From positions 34,348,001 through 34,412,000 of the forward strand of contig OZ024758.1 of NCBI GenBank assembly GCA_964016885.1: 64,000 nt of DNA, in the 5' to 3' direction. Position 1 is the stretch's first letter. Each line of letters opens with the position of its first letter. Under the pieces are notes generated by a model that was not told the DNA's origin, did not search any database, and was given only the letters and a program-made list of their open reading frames with translations. Position numbers and translations under genes: made by a program. This document shows, in pieces, positions 12,201-26,800 of the stretch. Origin of the DNA: Eledone cirrhosa. Its lineage: Eukaryota.

Positions 12201-14250
12201 TTAAGTTCATGGTACTAGCTGTCAGAAGTAACTCCACTGTTGGTGAGAATTCATTTAAGTTCATGGTATTAGTTTGTCAGAAGTAACTCCACTGTTGGTG
12301 AGAATTCATTTAAGTCATGGTATTAGTTGTCAGAAGTAACTCCAATGTTGGTGAGAATTCATTTAAGTCATGGTACTAGCTGTCAGAAGTAACTCCAATG
12401 TTGGTGAGAATTCATTTAAGTTCATGGTATTAGCTCTCAGAAGTAACTCCACTGTTGGTGAGAATTCATTTAAGTTCATGGTATTAGCTGTCAGAAGTAA
12501 CTCCACTGTTGGTGAGAATTCATTTAAGTTCATGGTACTAGCTGTCAGAAGTAACTCCACTGTTGGTGAGAATTCATTTAAGTTCATGGTACTAGCTGTC
12601 AGAAGTAACTCCACTGTTGGTGAGAATTCATTTAAGTTCATGGTATTAGTTTGTCAGAAGTAACTCCACTGTTGGTGAGAATTCATTTAAGTCATGGTAT
12701 CAGTTGTCAGATGTAACTCCAATGTTGGTGAGAATTCATTTAAGTCATGGTACTAGCTGTCAGAAGTAACTCCAATGTTGGTGAGAATTCATTTAAGTTC
12801 ATGGTATTAGCTCTCAGAAGTAACTCCACTGTTGGTGAGAATTCATTTAAGTTCATGGTATTAGCTGTCAGAAGTAACTCCACTGTTGGTGAGAATTCAT
12901 TTAAGTTCATGGTATTAGCTGTCAGAAGTAACTCCACTGTTGGTGAGAATTCATTTAAGTTCATGGTATTAGCTGTCAGAAGGAACTCCAATGTTGGTGA
13001 GAATTCATTTAAGTCATGGTACTAGCTGTCAGAAGTAACTCCACTGTTGGTGAGAATTCATTTAAGTTCATGGTATTAGCTGTCAGAAGGAACACTACTG
13101 TTGGTGAGAATTCATTTAAGTTCATGGTATTAGCTGTCAGAAGTAACTCCACTGTTGGTGAGAATTCATTTAAGTTCATGGTACTAGCTGTCAGAAGTAA
13201 CTCCAATGTTGGTGAGAATTCATTTAAGTTCATGGTATTAGCTGTCAGAAGTAACTCCACTGTTGGTGAGAATTCATTTAAGTTCATGGTACTAGCTGTC
13301 AGAAGTAACTCCACTTTTGGTGAGAATTCATTTAAGTTCATGGTACTAGCTGTCAGAAGTAACTCCACTGTTGGTGAGAATTCATTTAAGTTCATGGTAC
13401 TAGCTGTCAGAAGTAACTCCACTGTTGGTGAGAATTCATTTAAGTTCATGGTATTAGTTTGTCAGAAGTAACTCCACTGTTGGTGAGAATTCATTTAAGT
13501 CATGGTATTAGTTGTCAGAAGTAACTCCAATGTTGGTGAGAATTCATTTAAGTCATGGTACTAGCTGTCAGAAGTAACTCCAATGTTGGTGAGAATTCAT
13601 TTAAGTTCATGGTATTAGCTCTCAGAAGTAACTCCACTGTTGGTGAGAATTCGTTTAAGTTCATGGTATTAGCTGTCAGAAGTAACTCCACTGTTGGTGA
13701 GAATTCATTTAAGTTCATGGTATTAGCTGTCAGAAGTAACTCCACTGTTGGTGAGAATTCATTTAAGTTCATGGTATTAGCTGTCAGAAGGAACTCCAAT
13801 GTTGGTGAGAATTCATTTAAGTCATGGTACTAGCTGTCAGAAGTAACTCCACTGTTGGTGAGAATTCATTTAAGTTCATGGTATTAGCTGTCAGAAGGAA
13901 CGCCACTGTTGGTGAGAATTCATTTAAGTTCATGGTATTAGCTGTCAGAAGTAACTCCACTGTTGGTGAGAATTCATTTAAGTTCATGGTACTAGCTGTC
14001 AGAAGTAACTCCAATGTTGGTGAGAATTCATTTAAGTTCATGGTATTAGCTGTCAGAAGTAACTCCACTGTTGGTGAGAATTCATTTAAGTTCATGGTAC
14101 TAGCTGTCAGAAGTAACTCCACTTTTGGTGAGAATTCATTTAAGTTCATGGTACTAGCTGTCAGAAGTAACTCCACTGTTGGTGAGAATTCATTTAAGTT
14201 CATGGTACTAGCTGTCAGAAGTAACTCCAATGTTGGTGAGAATTCATTTA
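9290..14250. repeat. Tandem duplication of a 2479-bp (46-monomer) unit
   Basis: Constant 2479 offset at 9460/11939, 9891/12370, 10268/12747, 10537/13016, 11076/13555 and 11345/13824. Confidence 0.93.
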
Positions 14251-14789
14251 AGTTCATGGTATTAGCTGTCAGAAGTAACTCCACTGTTGGTGAGAATTCA
14301 TTTAAGTTCATGGTACTAGCTGTCAGAAGTAACTCCACTTTTGGTGAGAATTCATTTAAGTTCATGGTACTAGCTGTCAGAAGTAACTCCACTTTTGGTG
14401 AGAATTCATTTAAGTTCATGGTACTAGCTGTCAGAAGTAACTCCACTGTTGGTGAGAATTCATTTAAGTTCATGGTATTAGTTTGTCCGAAGTAACTCCA
14501 CTGTTGGTGAGAATTCATTTAAGTCATGGTATCAGTTGTCAGATATAACTCCAATGTTGGTGAGAATTCATTTAAGTCATGGTACTAGCTGTCAGAAGTA
14601 ACTCCAATGTTGGTGAGAATTCATTTAAGTTCATGGTATTAGCTCTCAGAAGTAACTCCACTGTTGGTGAGAATTCATTTAAGTTCATGGTATTAGCTGT
14701 CAGAAGTAACTCCACTGTTGGTGAGAATTCATTTAAGTTCATGGTACTAGCTGTCAGAAGTAACTCCACTGTTGGTGAGAATTCATTTA

Positions 14790-17700
14790 AGTTCATGGTA
14801 TTAGCTGTCAGAAGGAACACTACTGTTGGTGAGAATTCATTTAAGTTCATGGTATTAGCTGTCAGAAGTAACTCCACTGTTGGTGAGAATTCATTTAAGT
14901 TCATGGTACTAGCTGTCAGAAGTAACTCCAATGTTGGTGAGAATTCATTTAAGTTCATGGTATTAGCTGTCAGAAGTAACTCCACTGTTGGTGAGAATTC
15001 ATTTAAGTTCATGGTACTAGCTGTCAGAAGTAACTCCACTTTTGGTGAGAATTCATTTAAGTTCATGGTACTAGCTGTCAGAAGTAACTCCACTGTTGGT
15101 GAGAATTCATTTAAGTTCATGGTACTAGCTGTCAGAAGTAACTCCACTGTTGGTGAGAATTCATTTAAGTTCATGGTATTAGTTTGTCAGAGGTAACTCC
15201 ACTGTTGGTGAGAATTCATTTAAGTCATGGTATTAGTTGTCAGAAGTAACTCCAATGTTGGTGAGAATTCATTTAAGTCATGGTACTAGCTGTCAGAAGT
15301 AACTCCAATGTTGGTGAGAATTCATTTAAGTTCATGGTATTAGCTCTCAGAAGTAACTCCACTGTTGGTGAGAATTCGTTTAAGTTCATGGTATTAGCTG
15401 TCAGAAGTAACTCCACTGTTGGTGAGAATTCATTTAAGTTCATGGTATTAGCTGTCAGAAGTAACTCCACTGTTGGTGAGAATTCATTTAAGTTCATGGT
15501 ATTAGCTGTCAGAAGGAACTCCAATGTTGGTGAGAATTCATTTAAGTCATGGTACTAGCTGTCAGAAGTAACGCCACTGTTGGTGAGAATTCATTTAAGT
15601 TCATGGTATTAGCTGTCAGAAGGAACGCCACTGTTGGTGAGAATTCATTTAAGTTCATGGTATTAGCTGTCAGAAGTAACTCCACTGTTGGTGAGAATTC
15701 ATTTAAGTTCATGGTACTAGCTGTCAGAAGTAACTCCAATGTTGGTGAGAATTCATTTAAGTTCATGGTATTAGCTGTCAGAAGTAACTCCACTGTTGGT
15801 GAGAATTCATTTAAGTTCATGGTACTAGCTGTCAGAAGTAACTCCACTTTTGGTGAGAATTCATTTAAGTTCATGGTACTAGCTGTCAGAAGTAACTCCA
15901 CTGTTGGTGAGAATTCATTTAAGTTCATGGTACTAGCTGTCAGAAGTAACTCCACTGTTGGTGAGAATTCATTTAAGTTCATGGTATTAGCTGTCAGAAG
16001 TAACTCCACTGTTGGTGAGAATTCATTTAAGTCATGGTATTAGTTGTCAGAAGTAACTCCAATGTTGGTGAGAATTCATTTAAGTTCATGGTATTAGCTG
16101 TCAGAAGTAACTCCACTGTTGGTGAGAATTCATTTAAGTTCATGGTATTAGCTGTCAGAAGTAACTCCACTGTTGGTGAGAATTCATTTAAGTCATGGTA
16201 TTAGCTGTCAGAAGTAACTCCATTGTTGGTGAGAATTCATTTAAGTCATGGTACTAGCTGTCAAAAGTAACTCCACTGTTGGTGAGAATTCATTTAAGTT
16301 CATGGTACTAGCTGTCAGAAGTAACTCCACTGTTGGTGAGAATTCATTTAAGTTCATGGTACTAGCTGTCAGAAGTAACTCCACTGTTGGTGAGAATTCA
16401 TTTAAGTTCATGGTACTAGCTGTCAGAAGTAACTCCACTGTTGTTGAGAATTCATTTAAGTTCATGGTATTAGTTTGTCAGAAGTAACTCCACTGTTGGT
16501 GAGAATTCATTTAAGTCATGGTATTAGTTGTCAGAAGTAACTCCAATGTTGGTGAGAATTCATTTAAGTTCATGGTATTAGCTGTCAGAAGTAACTCCAC
16601 TGTTGGTGAGAATTCATTTAAGTTCATGGTATTAGCTGTCAGAAGTAACTCCACTGTTGGTGAGAATTCATTTAAGTTCATGGTATTAGCTGTCAGAAGG
16701 AACTCCAATGTTGGTGAGAATTCATTTAAGTCATGGTACTAGCTGTCAGAAGTAACTCCACTGTTGTTGAGAATTCATTTAAGTTCATGGTATTAGTTTG
16801 TCAGAAGTAACTCCACTGTTGGTGAGAATTCATTTAAGTCATGGTATTAGTTGTCAGAAGTAACTCCAATGTTGGTGAGAATTCATTTAAGTTCATGGTA
16901 TTAGCTGTCAGAAGTAACTCCACTGTTGGTGAGAATTCATTTAAGTTCATGGTATTAGCTGTCAGAAGTAACTCCACTGTTGGTGAGAATTCATTTAAGT
17001 TCATGGTATTAGCTGTCAGAAGGAACTCCAATGTTGGTGAGAATTCATTTAAGTCATGGTACTAGCTGTCAGAAGTAACTCCACTGTTGGTGAGAATTCA
17101 TTTAAGTTCATGGTATTAGCTGTCAGAAGGAACGCCACTGTTGGTGAGAATTCATTTAAGTTCATGGTATTAGCTGTCAGAAGTAACTCCACTGTTGGTG
17201 AGAATTCATTTAAGTTCATGGTACTAGCTGTCAGAAGTAACTCCAATGTTGGTGAGAATTCATTTAAGTTCATGGTATTAGCTGTCAGAAGTAACTCCAC
17301 TGTTGGTGAGAATTCATTTAAGTTCATGGTACTAGCTGTCAGAAGTAACTCCACTTTTGGTGAGAATTCATTTAAGTTCATGGTACTAGCTGTCAGAAGT
17401 AACTCCACTGTTGGTGAGAATTCATTTAAGTTCATGGTACTAGCTGTCAGAAGTAACTCCAATGTTGGTGAGAATTCATTTAAGTTCATGGTATTAGCTG
17501 TCAGAAGTAACTCCACTGTTGGTGAGAATTCATTTAAGTTCATGGTACTAGCTGTCAGAAGTAACTCCACTTTTGGTGAGAATTCATTTAAGTTCATGGT
17601 ACTAGCTGTCAGAAGTAACTCCACTTTTGGTGAGAATTCATTTAAGTCATGGTACTAGCTGTCAGAAGTAACTCCAATGTTGGTGAGAATTCATTTAAGT

Positions 17701-19740
17701 TCATGTTATTAGCTCTCAGAAGTAACTCCACTGTTGGTGAGAATTCATTTAAGTTCATGGTATTAGCTGTCAGAAGTAACTCCACTGTTGGTGAGAATTC
17801 ATTTAAGTTCATGGTACTAGCTGTCAGAAGTAACTCCACTGTTGGTGAGAATTCATTTAAGTTCATGGTACTAGCTGTCAGAAGTAACTCCACTGTTGGT
17901 GAGAATTCATTTAAGTTCATGGTATTAGTTTGTCAGAAGTAACTCCACTGTTGGTGAGAATTCATTTAAGTCATGGTATTAGTTGTCAGAAGTAACTCCA
18001 ATGTTGGTGAGAATTCATTTAAGTCATGGTACTAGCTGTCAGAAGTAACTCCAATGTTGGTGAGAATTCATTTAAGTTCATGGTATTAGCTCTCAGAAGT
18101 AACTCCACTGTTGGTGAGAATTCATTTAAGTTCATGGTATTAGCTGTCAGAAGTAACTCCACTGTTGGTGAGAATTCATTTAAGTTCATGGTATTAGCTG
18201 TCAGAAGTAACTCCACTGTTGGTGAGAATTCATTTAAGTTCATGGTATTAGCTGTCAGAAGGAACTCCAATGTTGGTGAGAATTCATTTAAGTCATGGTA
18301 CTAGCTGTCAGAAGTAACTCCACTGTTGGTGAGAATTCATTTAAGTTCATGGTATTAGCTGTCAGAAGGAACACTACTGTTGGTGAGAATTCATTTAAGT
18401 TCATGGTATTAGCTGTCAGAAGTAACTCCACTGTTGGTGAGAATTCATTTAAGTTCATGGTACTAGCTGTCAGAAGTAACTCCAATGTTGGTGAGAATTC
18501 ATTTAAGTTCATGGTATTAGCTGTCAGAAGTAACTCCACTGTTGGTGAGAATTCATTTAAGTTCATGGTACTAGCTGTCAGAAGTAACTCCACTTTTGGT
18601 GAGAATTCATTTAAGTTCATGGTACTAGCTGTCAGAAGTAACTCCACTGTTGGTGAGAATTCATTTAAGTTCATGGTACTAGCTGTCAGAAGTAACTCCA
18701 CTGTTGGTGAGAATTCATTTAAGTTCATGGTATTAGTTTGTCAGAAGTAACTCCACTGTTGGTGAGAATTCATTTAAGTCATGGTATTAGTTGTCAGAAG
18801 TAACTCCAATGTTGGTGAGAATTCATTTAAGTCATGGTACTAGCTGTCAGAAGTAACTCCAATGTTGGTGAGAATTCATTTAAGTTCATGGTATTAGCTC
18901 TCAGAAGTAACTCCACTGTTGGTGAGAATTCGTTTAAGTTCATGGTATTAGCTGTCAGAAGTAACTCCACTGTTGGTGAGAATTCATTTAAGTTCATGGT
19001 ATTAGCTGTCAGAAGTAACTCCACTGTTGGTGAGAATTCATTTAAGTTCATGGTATTAGCTGTCAGAAGGAACTCCAATGTTGGTGAGAATTCATTTAAG
19101 TCATGGTACTAGCTGTCAGAAGTAACGCCACTGTTGGTGAGAATTCATTTAAGTTCATGGTATTAGCTGTCAGAAGGAACGCCACTGTTGGTGAGAATTC
19201 ATTTAAGTTCATGGTATTAGCTGTCAGAAGTAACTCCACTGTTGGTGAGAATTCATTTAAGTTCATGGTACTAGCTGTCAGAAGTAACTCCAATGTTGGT
19301 GAGAATTCATTTAAGTTCATGGTATTAGCTGTCAGAAGTAACTCCACTGTTGGTGAGAATTCATTTAAGTTCATGGTACTAGCTGTCAGAAGTAACTCCA
19401 CTTTTGGTGAGAATTCATTTAAGTTCATGGTACTAGCTGTCAGAAGTAACTCCACTGTTGGTGAGAATTCATTTAAGTTCATGGTACTAGCTGTCAGAAG
19501 TAACTCCACTGTTGGTGAGAATTCATTTAAGTTCATGGTATTAGCTGTCAGAAGTAACTCCACTGTTGGTGAGAATTCATTTAAGTCATGGTATTAGTTG
19601 TCAGAAGTAACTCCAATGTTGGTGAGAATTCATTTAAGTTCATGGTATTAGCTGTCAGAAGTAACTCCACTGTTGGTGAGAATTCATTTAAGTTCATGGT
19701 ATTAGCTGTCAGAAGTAACTCCACTGTTGGTGAGAATTCA
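14790..19740. repeat. Direct duplication of about 1.4 kb at 3554-bp offset (about 14790-16185 and 18345-19740)
   Basis: Offsets 15280/18834 and 15549/19103. Both copies carry the rare AGTAACGCC monomer followed by an AGGAACGCC monomer. Confidence 0.8.
16410..17060. repeat. 323-bp (6-monomer) tandem duplication
   Basis: ORFs 16518..16742 and 16841..17065 are identical. GTTGTTGAG followed by the TAGTTTGTC monomer repeats at 323 bp. The same doublet reappears at about 20560-21140. Confidence 0.85.
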
Positions 19741-22700
19741 TTTAAGTTCATGGTATTAGCTGTCAGAAGGAACGCCACTGTTGGTGAGAATTCATTTAAG
19801 TTCATGGTATTAGCTGTCAGAAGTAACTCCACTGTTGGTGAGAATTCATTTAAGTTCATGGTACTAGCTGTCAGAAGTAACTCCAATGTTGGTGAGAATT
19901 CATTTAAGTTCATGGTATTAGCTGTCAGAAGTAACTCCACTGTTGGTGAGAATTCATTTAAGTTCATGGTACTAGCTGTCAGAAGTAACTCCACTTTTGG
20001 TGAGAATTCATTTAAGTTCATGGTACTAGCTGTCAGAAGTAACTCCACTGTTGGTGAGAATTCATTTAAGTTCATGGTACTAGCTGTCAGAAGTAACTCC
20101 ACTGTTGGTGAGAATTCATTTAAGTTCATGGTATTAGCTGTCAGAAGTAACTCCACTGTTGGTGAGAATTCATTTAAGTCATGGTATTAGTTGTCAGAAG
20201 TAACTCCAATGTTGGTGAGAATTCATTTAAGTTCATGGTATTAGCTGTCAGAAGTAACTCCACTGTTGGTGAGAATTCATTTAAGTTCATGGTATTAGCT
20301 GTCAGAAGTAACTCCACTGTTGGTGAGAATTCATTTAAGTCATGGTATTAGCTGTCAGAAGTAACTCCATTGTTGGTGAGAATTCATTTAAGTCATGGTA
20401 CTAGCTGTCAAAAGTAACTCCACTGTTGGTGAGAATTCATTTAAGTTCATGGTACTAGCTGTCAGAAGTAACTCCACTGTTGGTGAGAATTCATTTAAGT
20501 TCATGGTACTAGCTGTCAGAAGTAACTCCACTGTTGGTGAGAATTCATTTAAGTTCATGGTACTAGCTGTCAGAAGTAACTCCACTGTTGTTGAGAATTC
20601 ATTTAAGTTCATGGTATTAGTTTGTCAGAAGTAACTCCACTGTTGGTGAGAATTCATTTAAGTCATGGTATTAGTTGTCAGAAGTAACTCCAATGTTGGT
20701 GAGAATTCATTTAAGTTCATGGTATTAATGTCAGAAGTAACTCCACTGTTGGTGAGAATTCATTTAAGTTCATGGTATTAGCTGTCAGAAGTAACTCCAC
20801 TGTTGGTGAGAATTCATTTAAGTTCATGGTATTAGCTGTCAGAAGGAACTCCAATGTTGGTGAGAATTCATTTAAGTCATGGTACTAGCTGTCAGAAGTA
20901 ACTCCACTGTTGTTGAGAATTCATTTAAGTTCATGGTATTAGTTTGTCAGAAGTAACTCCACTGTTGGTGAGAATTCATTTAAGTCATGGTATTAGTTGT
21001 CAGAAGTAACTCCAATGTTGGTGAGAATTCATTTAAGTTCATGGTATTAGCTGTCAGAAGTAACTCCACTGTTGGTGAGAATTCATTTAAGTTCATGGTA
21101 TTAGCTGTCAGAAGTAACTCCACTGTTGGTGAGAATTCATTTAAGTTCATGGTATTAGCTGTCAGAAGGAACGCCACTGTTGGTGAGAATTCATTTAAGT
21201 TCATGGTATTAGCTGTCAGAAGTAACTCCACTGTTGGTGAGAATTCATTTAAGTTCATGGTACTAGCTGTCAGAAGTAACTCCAATGTTGGTGAGAATTC
21301 ATTTAAGTTCATGGTATTAGCTGTCAGAAGTAACTCCACTGTTGGTGAGAATTCATTTAAGTTCATGGTACTAGCTGTCAGAAGTAACTCCACTTTTGGT
21401 GAGAATTCATTTAAGTTCATGGTACTAGCTGTCAGAAGTAACTCCACTGTTGGTGAGAATTCATTTAAGTTCATGGTACTAGCTGTCAGAAGTAACTCCA
21501 ATGTTGGTGAGAATTCATTTAAGTTCATGGTATTAGCTGTCAGAAGTAACTCCACTGTTGGTGAGAATTCATTTAAGTTCATGGTACTAGCTGTCAGAAG
21601 TAACTCCACTTTTGGTGAGAATTCATTTAAGTTCATGGTACTAGCTGTCAGAAGTAACTCCACTTTTGGTGAGAATTCATTTAAGTCATGGTACTTGCTG
21701 TCAGAAGTAACTCCAATGTTGGTGAGAATTCATTTAAGTTCATGTTATTAGCTCTCAGAAGTAACTCCACTGTTGGTGAGAATTCATTTAAGTTCATGGT
21801 ATTAGCTGTCAGAAGTAACTCCACTGTTGGTGAGAATTCATTTAAGTTCATGGTACTAGCTGTCAGAAGTAACTCCACTGTTGGTGAGAATTCATTTAAG
21901 TTCATGGTACTAGCTGTCAGAAGTAACTCCACTGTTGGTGAGAATTCATTTAAGTTCATGGTATTAGTTTGTCAGAAGTAACTCCACTGTTGGTGAGAAT
22001 TCATTTAAGTCATGGTATCAGTTGTCAGATGTAACTCCAATGTTGGTGAGAATTCATTTAAGTCATGGTACTAGCTGTCAGAAGTAACTCCAATGTTGGT
22101 GAGAATTCATTTAAGTTCATGGTATTAGCTCTCAGAAGTAACTCCACTGTTGGTGAGAATTCATTTAAGTTCATGGTATTAGCTGTCAGAAGTAACTCCA
22201 CTGTTGGTGAGAATTCATTTAAGTTCATGGTATTAGCTGTCAGAAGTAACTCCACTGTTGGTGAGAATTCATTTAAGTTCATGGTATTAGCTGTCAGAAG
22301 GAACTCCAATGTTGGTGAGAATTCATTTAAGTCATGGTACTAGCTGTCAGAAGTAACTCCACTGTTGGTGAGAATTCATTTAAGTTCATGGTATTAGCTG
22401 TCAGAAGGAACACTACTGTTGGTGAGAATTCATTTAAGTTCATGGTATTAGCTGTCAGAAGTAACTCCACTGTTGGTGAGAATTCATTTAAGTTCATGGT
22501 ACTAGCTGTCAGAAGTAACTCCAATGTTGGTGAGAATTCATTTAAGTTCATGGTATTAGCTGTCAGAAGTAACTCCACTGTTGGTGAGAATTCATTTAAG
22601 TTCATGGTACTAGCTGTCAGAAGTAACTCCACTTTTGGTGAGAATTCATTTAAGTTCATGGTACTAGCTGTCAGAAGTAACTCCACTGTTGGTGAGAATT

Positions 22701-23785
22701 CATTTAAGTTCATGGTACTAGCTGTCAGAAGTAACTCCACTGTTGGTGAGAATTCATTTAAGTTCATGGTATTAGTTTGTCAGAAGTAACTCCACTGTTG
22801 GTGAGAATTCATTTAAGTCATGGTATTAGTTGTCAGAAGTAACTCCAATGTTGGTGAGAATTCATTTAAGTCATGGTACTAGCTGTCAGAAGTAACTCCA
22901 ATGTTGGTGAGAATTCATTTAAGTTCATGGTATTAGCTCTCAGAAGTAACTCCACTGTTGGTGAGAATTCGTTTAAGTTCATGGTATTAGCTGTCAGAAG
23001 TAACTCCACTGTTGGTGAGAATTCATTTAAGTTCATGGTATTAGCTGTCAGAAGTAACTCCACTGTTGGTGAGAATTCATTTAAGTTCATGGTATTAGCT
23101 GTCAGAAGGAACTCCAATGTTGGTGAGAATTCATTTAAGTCATGGTACTAGCTGTCAGAAGTAACGCCACTGTTGGTGAGAATTCATTTAAGTTCATGGT
23201 ATTAGCTGTCAGAAGGAACGCCACTGTTGGTGAGAATTCATTTAAGTTCATGGTATTAGCTGTCAGAAGTAACTCCACTGTTGGTGAGAATTCATTTAAG
23301 TTCATGGTACTAGCTGTCAGAAGTAACTCCAATGTTGGTGAGAATTCATTTAAGTTCATGGTATTAGCTGTCAGAAGTAACTCCACTGTTGGTGAGAATT
23401 CATTTAAGTTCATGGTACTAGCTGTCAGAAGTAACTCCACTTTTGGTGAGAATTCATTTAAGTTCATGGTACTAGCTGTCAGAAGTAACTCCACTGTTGG
23501 TGAGAATTCATTTAAGTTCATGGTACTAGCTGTCAGAAGTAACTCCACTGTTGGTGAGAATTCATTTAAGTTCATGGTATTAGCTGTCAGAAGTAACTCC
23601 ACTGTTGGTGAGAATTCATTTAAGTCATGGTATTAGTTGTCAGAAGTAACTCCAATGTTGGTGAGAATTCATTTAAGTTCATGGTATTAGCTGTCAGAAG
23701 TAACTCCACTGTTGGTGAGAATTCATTTAAGTTCATGGTATTAGCTGTCAGAAGTAACTCCACTGTTGGTGAGAATTCATTTAAG
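17100..23785. repeat. Direct duplication of about 2.65 kb at 4039-bp offset (about 17100-19745 and 21140-23785)
   Basis: Constant 4039 offset at 17649/21688, 18026/22065, 18295/22334, 18834/22873 and 19103/23142. Both copies share the private variant CATGTTATTAGCTCTC. Confidence 0.9.
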
Positions 23786-23819
23786 TCATGGTATTAGCTG
23801 TCAGAAGTAACTCCATTGT

Positions 23820-26800
23820 TGGTGAGAATTCATTTAAGTCATGGTACTAGCTGTCAAAAGTAACTCCACTGTTGGTGAGAATTCATTTAAGTTCATGGTA
23901 CTAGCTGTCAGAAGTAACTCCACTGTTGGTGAGAATTCATTTAAGTTCATGGTACTAGCTGTCAGAAGTAACTCCACTGTTGGTGAGAATTCATTTAAGT
24001 TCATGGTACTAGCTGTCAGAAGTAACTCCACTGTTGTTGAGAATTCATTTAAGTTCATGGTATTAGTTTGTCAGAAGTAACTCCACTGTTGGTGAGAATT
24101 CATTTAAGTCATGGTATTAGTTGTCAGAAGTAACTCCAATGTTGGTGAGAATTCATTTAAGTCATGGTACTAGCTGTCAGAAGTAACTCCAATGTTGGTG
24201 AGAATTCATTTAAGTTCATGGTATTAGCTGTCAGAAGTAACTCCACTGTTGGTGAGAATTCATTTAAGTTCATGGTATTAGCTGTCAGAAGTAACTCCAC
24301 TGTTGGTGAGAATTCATTTAAGTTCATGGTATTAGCTGTCAGAAGTAACTCCACTGTTGGTGAGAATTCATTTAAGTTCATGGTATTAGCTGTCAGAAGG
24401 AACTCCAATGTTGGTGAGAATTCATTTAAGTCATGGTACTAGCTGTCAGAAGTAACTCCACTGTTGGTGAGAATTCATTTAAGTTCATGGTATTAGCTGT
24501 CAGAAGGAACGCCACTGTTGGTGAGAATTCATTTAAGTTCATGGTATTAGCTGTCAGAAGTAACTCCACTGTTGGTGAGAATTCATTTAAGTTCATGGTA
24601 CTAGCTGTCAGAAGTAACTCCACTGTTGGTGAGAATTCATTTAAGTTCATGGTATTAGCTGTCAGAAGTAACTCCACTGTTGGTGAGAATTCATTTAAGT
24701 TCATGGTACTAGCTGTGAGAAGTAACTCCACTGTTGGTGAGAATTCATTAAAGTTCATGGTACTAGCTATCAGAAGTAACTCCACTGTTGGTGAGAATTC
24801 ATTTAAGTTCATGGTACTAGCTGTCAGAAGTAACTCCAATGTTGGTGAGAATTCATTTAAGTTCATGGTATTAGCTGTCAGAAGTAACTCCACTGTTGGT
24901 GAGAATTCATTTAAGTTCATGGTACTAGCTGTCAGAAGTAACTCCACTGTTGGTGAGAATTCATTTAAGTTCATGGTATTAGCTGTCAGAAGTCACTCCA
25001 ATGTTGGTGAGAATTCATTTAAGTTCGTGGTATTAGCTGTCAGAAGTAACTCCACTGTTGGTGAGAATTCATTTAAGTTCATGGTATTAGCTGTCAGAAG
25101 TAACTCCACTGTTGGTGAGAATTCATTTAAGTTCATGGTATTAGCTGTCAGAAGTAACTCCACTGTTGGTGAGAATTCATTTAAGTTCATGGTATTAGCT
25201 GTCAGAAGGAACTCCAATGTTGGTGAGAATTCATTTAAGTCATGGTACTAGCTGTCAGAAGTAACTCCACTGTTGGTGAGAATTCATTTAAGTTCATGGT
25301 ACTAGCTGTCAGAAGTAACTCCAATGTTGGTGAGAATTCATTTAAGTTCATGGTATTAGCTGTCAGAAGGAACTCCACTGTTGGTGAGAATTCATTTAAG
25401 TTCATGGTATTAGCTGTCAGAAGTAAGTCCACTGTTGGTGAGAATTCATTTAAGTTCATGGTACTAGTTGTCAGAAGTAACTCCACTGTTGGTAAGAATT
25501 CATTTTAGTTCATGGTATTAGTTGTCAGAAGTAACTCCACTGTTGGTGAGAATTCATTTAAGTCATGGTATTAGTTGTCAGAAGTAACTCCAATGTTGGT
25601 GAGAATTCATTTAAGTTCATGGTACTAGCTGTCAGAAGTAACTCCACTGTTGGTGAGAATTCATTTAAGTTCATGGTATTAGCTGTCAGAAGTAACTCCA
25701 CTGTTGGTGAGAATTCATTTAAGTCATTGTATTAGCTGTCAGAAGTAACTCCATTGTTGGTGAGAATTCATTTAAGTCATGGTACTAGCTGTCAGAAGTA
25801 ACTCCAATGTTGATGAGAATTCATTTAAGTTCATGGTATTAGCAGTCAGAAGTAACTCCACTGTTGGTGAGAATTCATTTAAGTTCATGGTATTAGCTGT
25901 CAGAAGTAACTCCACTGTTGGTGAGAATTCATTTAAGTTCATGGTACTAGCTGTCAGAAGTAACTCCACTGTTGGTGAGAATTCATTTAAGTTCATTGTA
26001 TTAGTTTGTCAGAAGTAACTCCACTGTTGGTGAGAATTCATTTAAGTCATGGTATTAGTTGTCAGAAGTAACTCCAATGTTGGTTAGAATTCATTTAAGT
26101 TCATGGTATTAGCTGTCAGAAGAAACTCCACTGTTGGTGAGAATTCATTTAAGTTCATGGTATTAGCTGTCAGAAGTAACTCCACTGTTGGTGAGAATTC
26201 ATTTAAGTCATGGTACTAGCTGTCAAAAGTAACTCCACTGTTGGTGAGAATTCATTTAAGTTCATGGTACTAGCTGTCAGAAGTAACTCCACTGTTGGTG
26301 AGAATTCATTTAAGTTCATGGTACTAGCTGTCAGAAGTAACTCCACTGTTGGTGAGAATTCATTTAAGTTCATGGTACTAGCTGTCAGAAGTAACTCCAC
26401 TGTTGTTGAGAATTCATTTAAGTTCATGGTATTAGTTTGTCAGAAGTAACTCCACTGTTGGTGAGAATTCATTTAAGTCATGGTATTAGTTGTCAGAAGT
26501 AACTCCAATGTTGGTGAGAATTCATTTAAGTCATGGTACTAGCTGTCAGAAGTAACTCCAATGTTGGTGAGAATTCATTTAAGTTCATGGTATTAGCTGT
26601 CAGAAGTAACTCCACTGTTGGTGAGAATTCATTTAAGTTCATGGTATTAGCTGTCAGAAGTAACTCCACTGTTGGTGAGAATTCATTTAAGTTCATGGTA
26701 TTAGCTGTCAGAAGTAACTCCACTGTTGGTGAGAATTCATTTAAGTTCATGGTATTAGCTGTCAGAAGGAACTCCAATGTTGGTGAGAATTCATTTAAGT

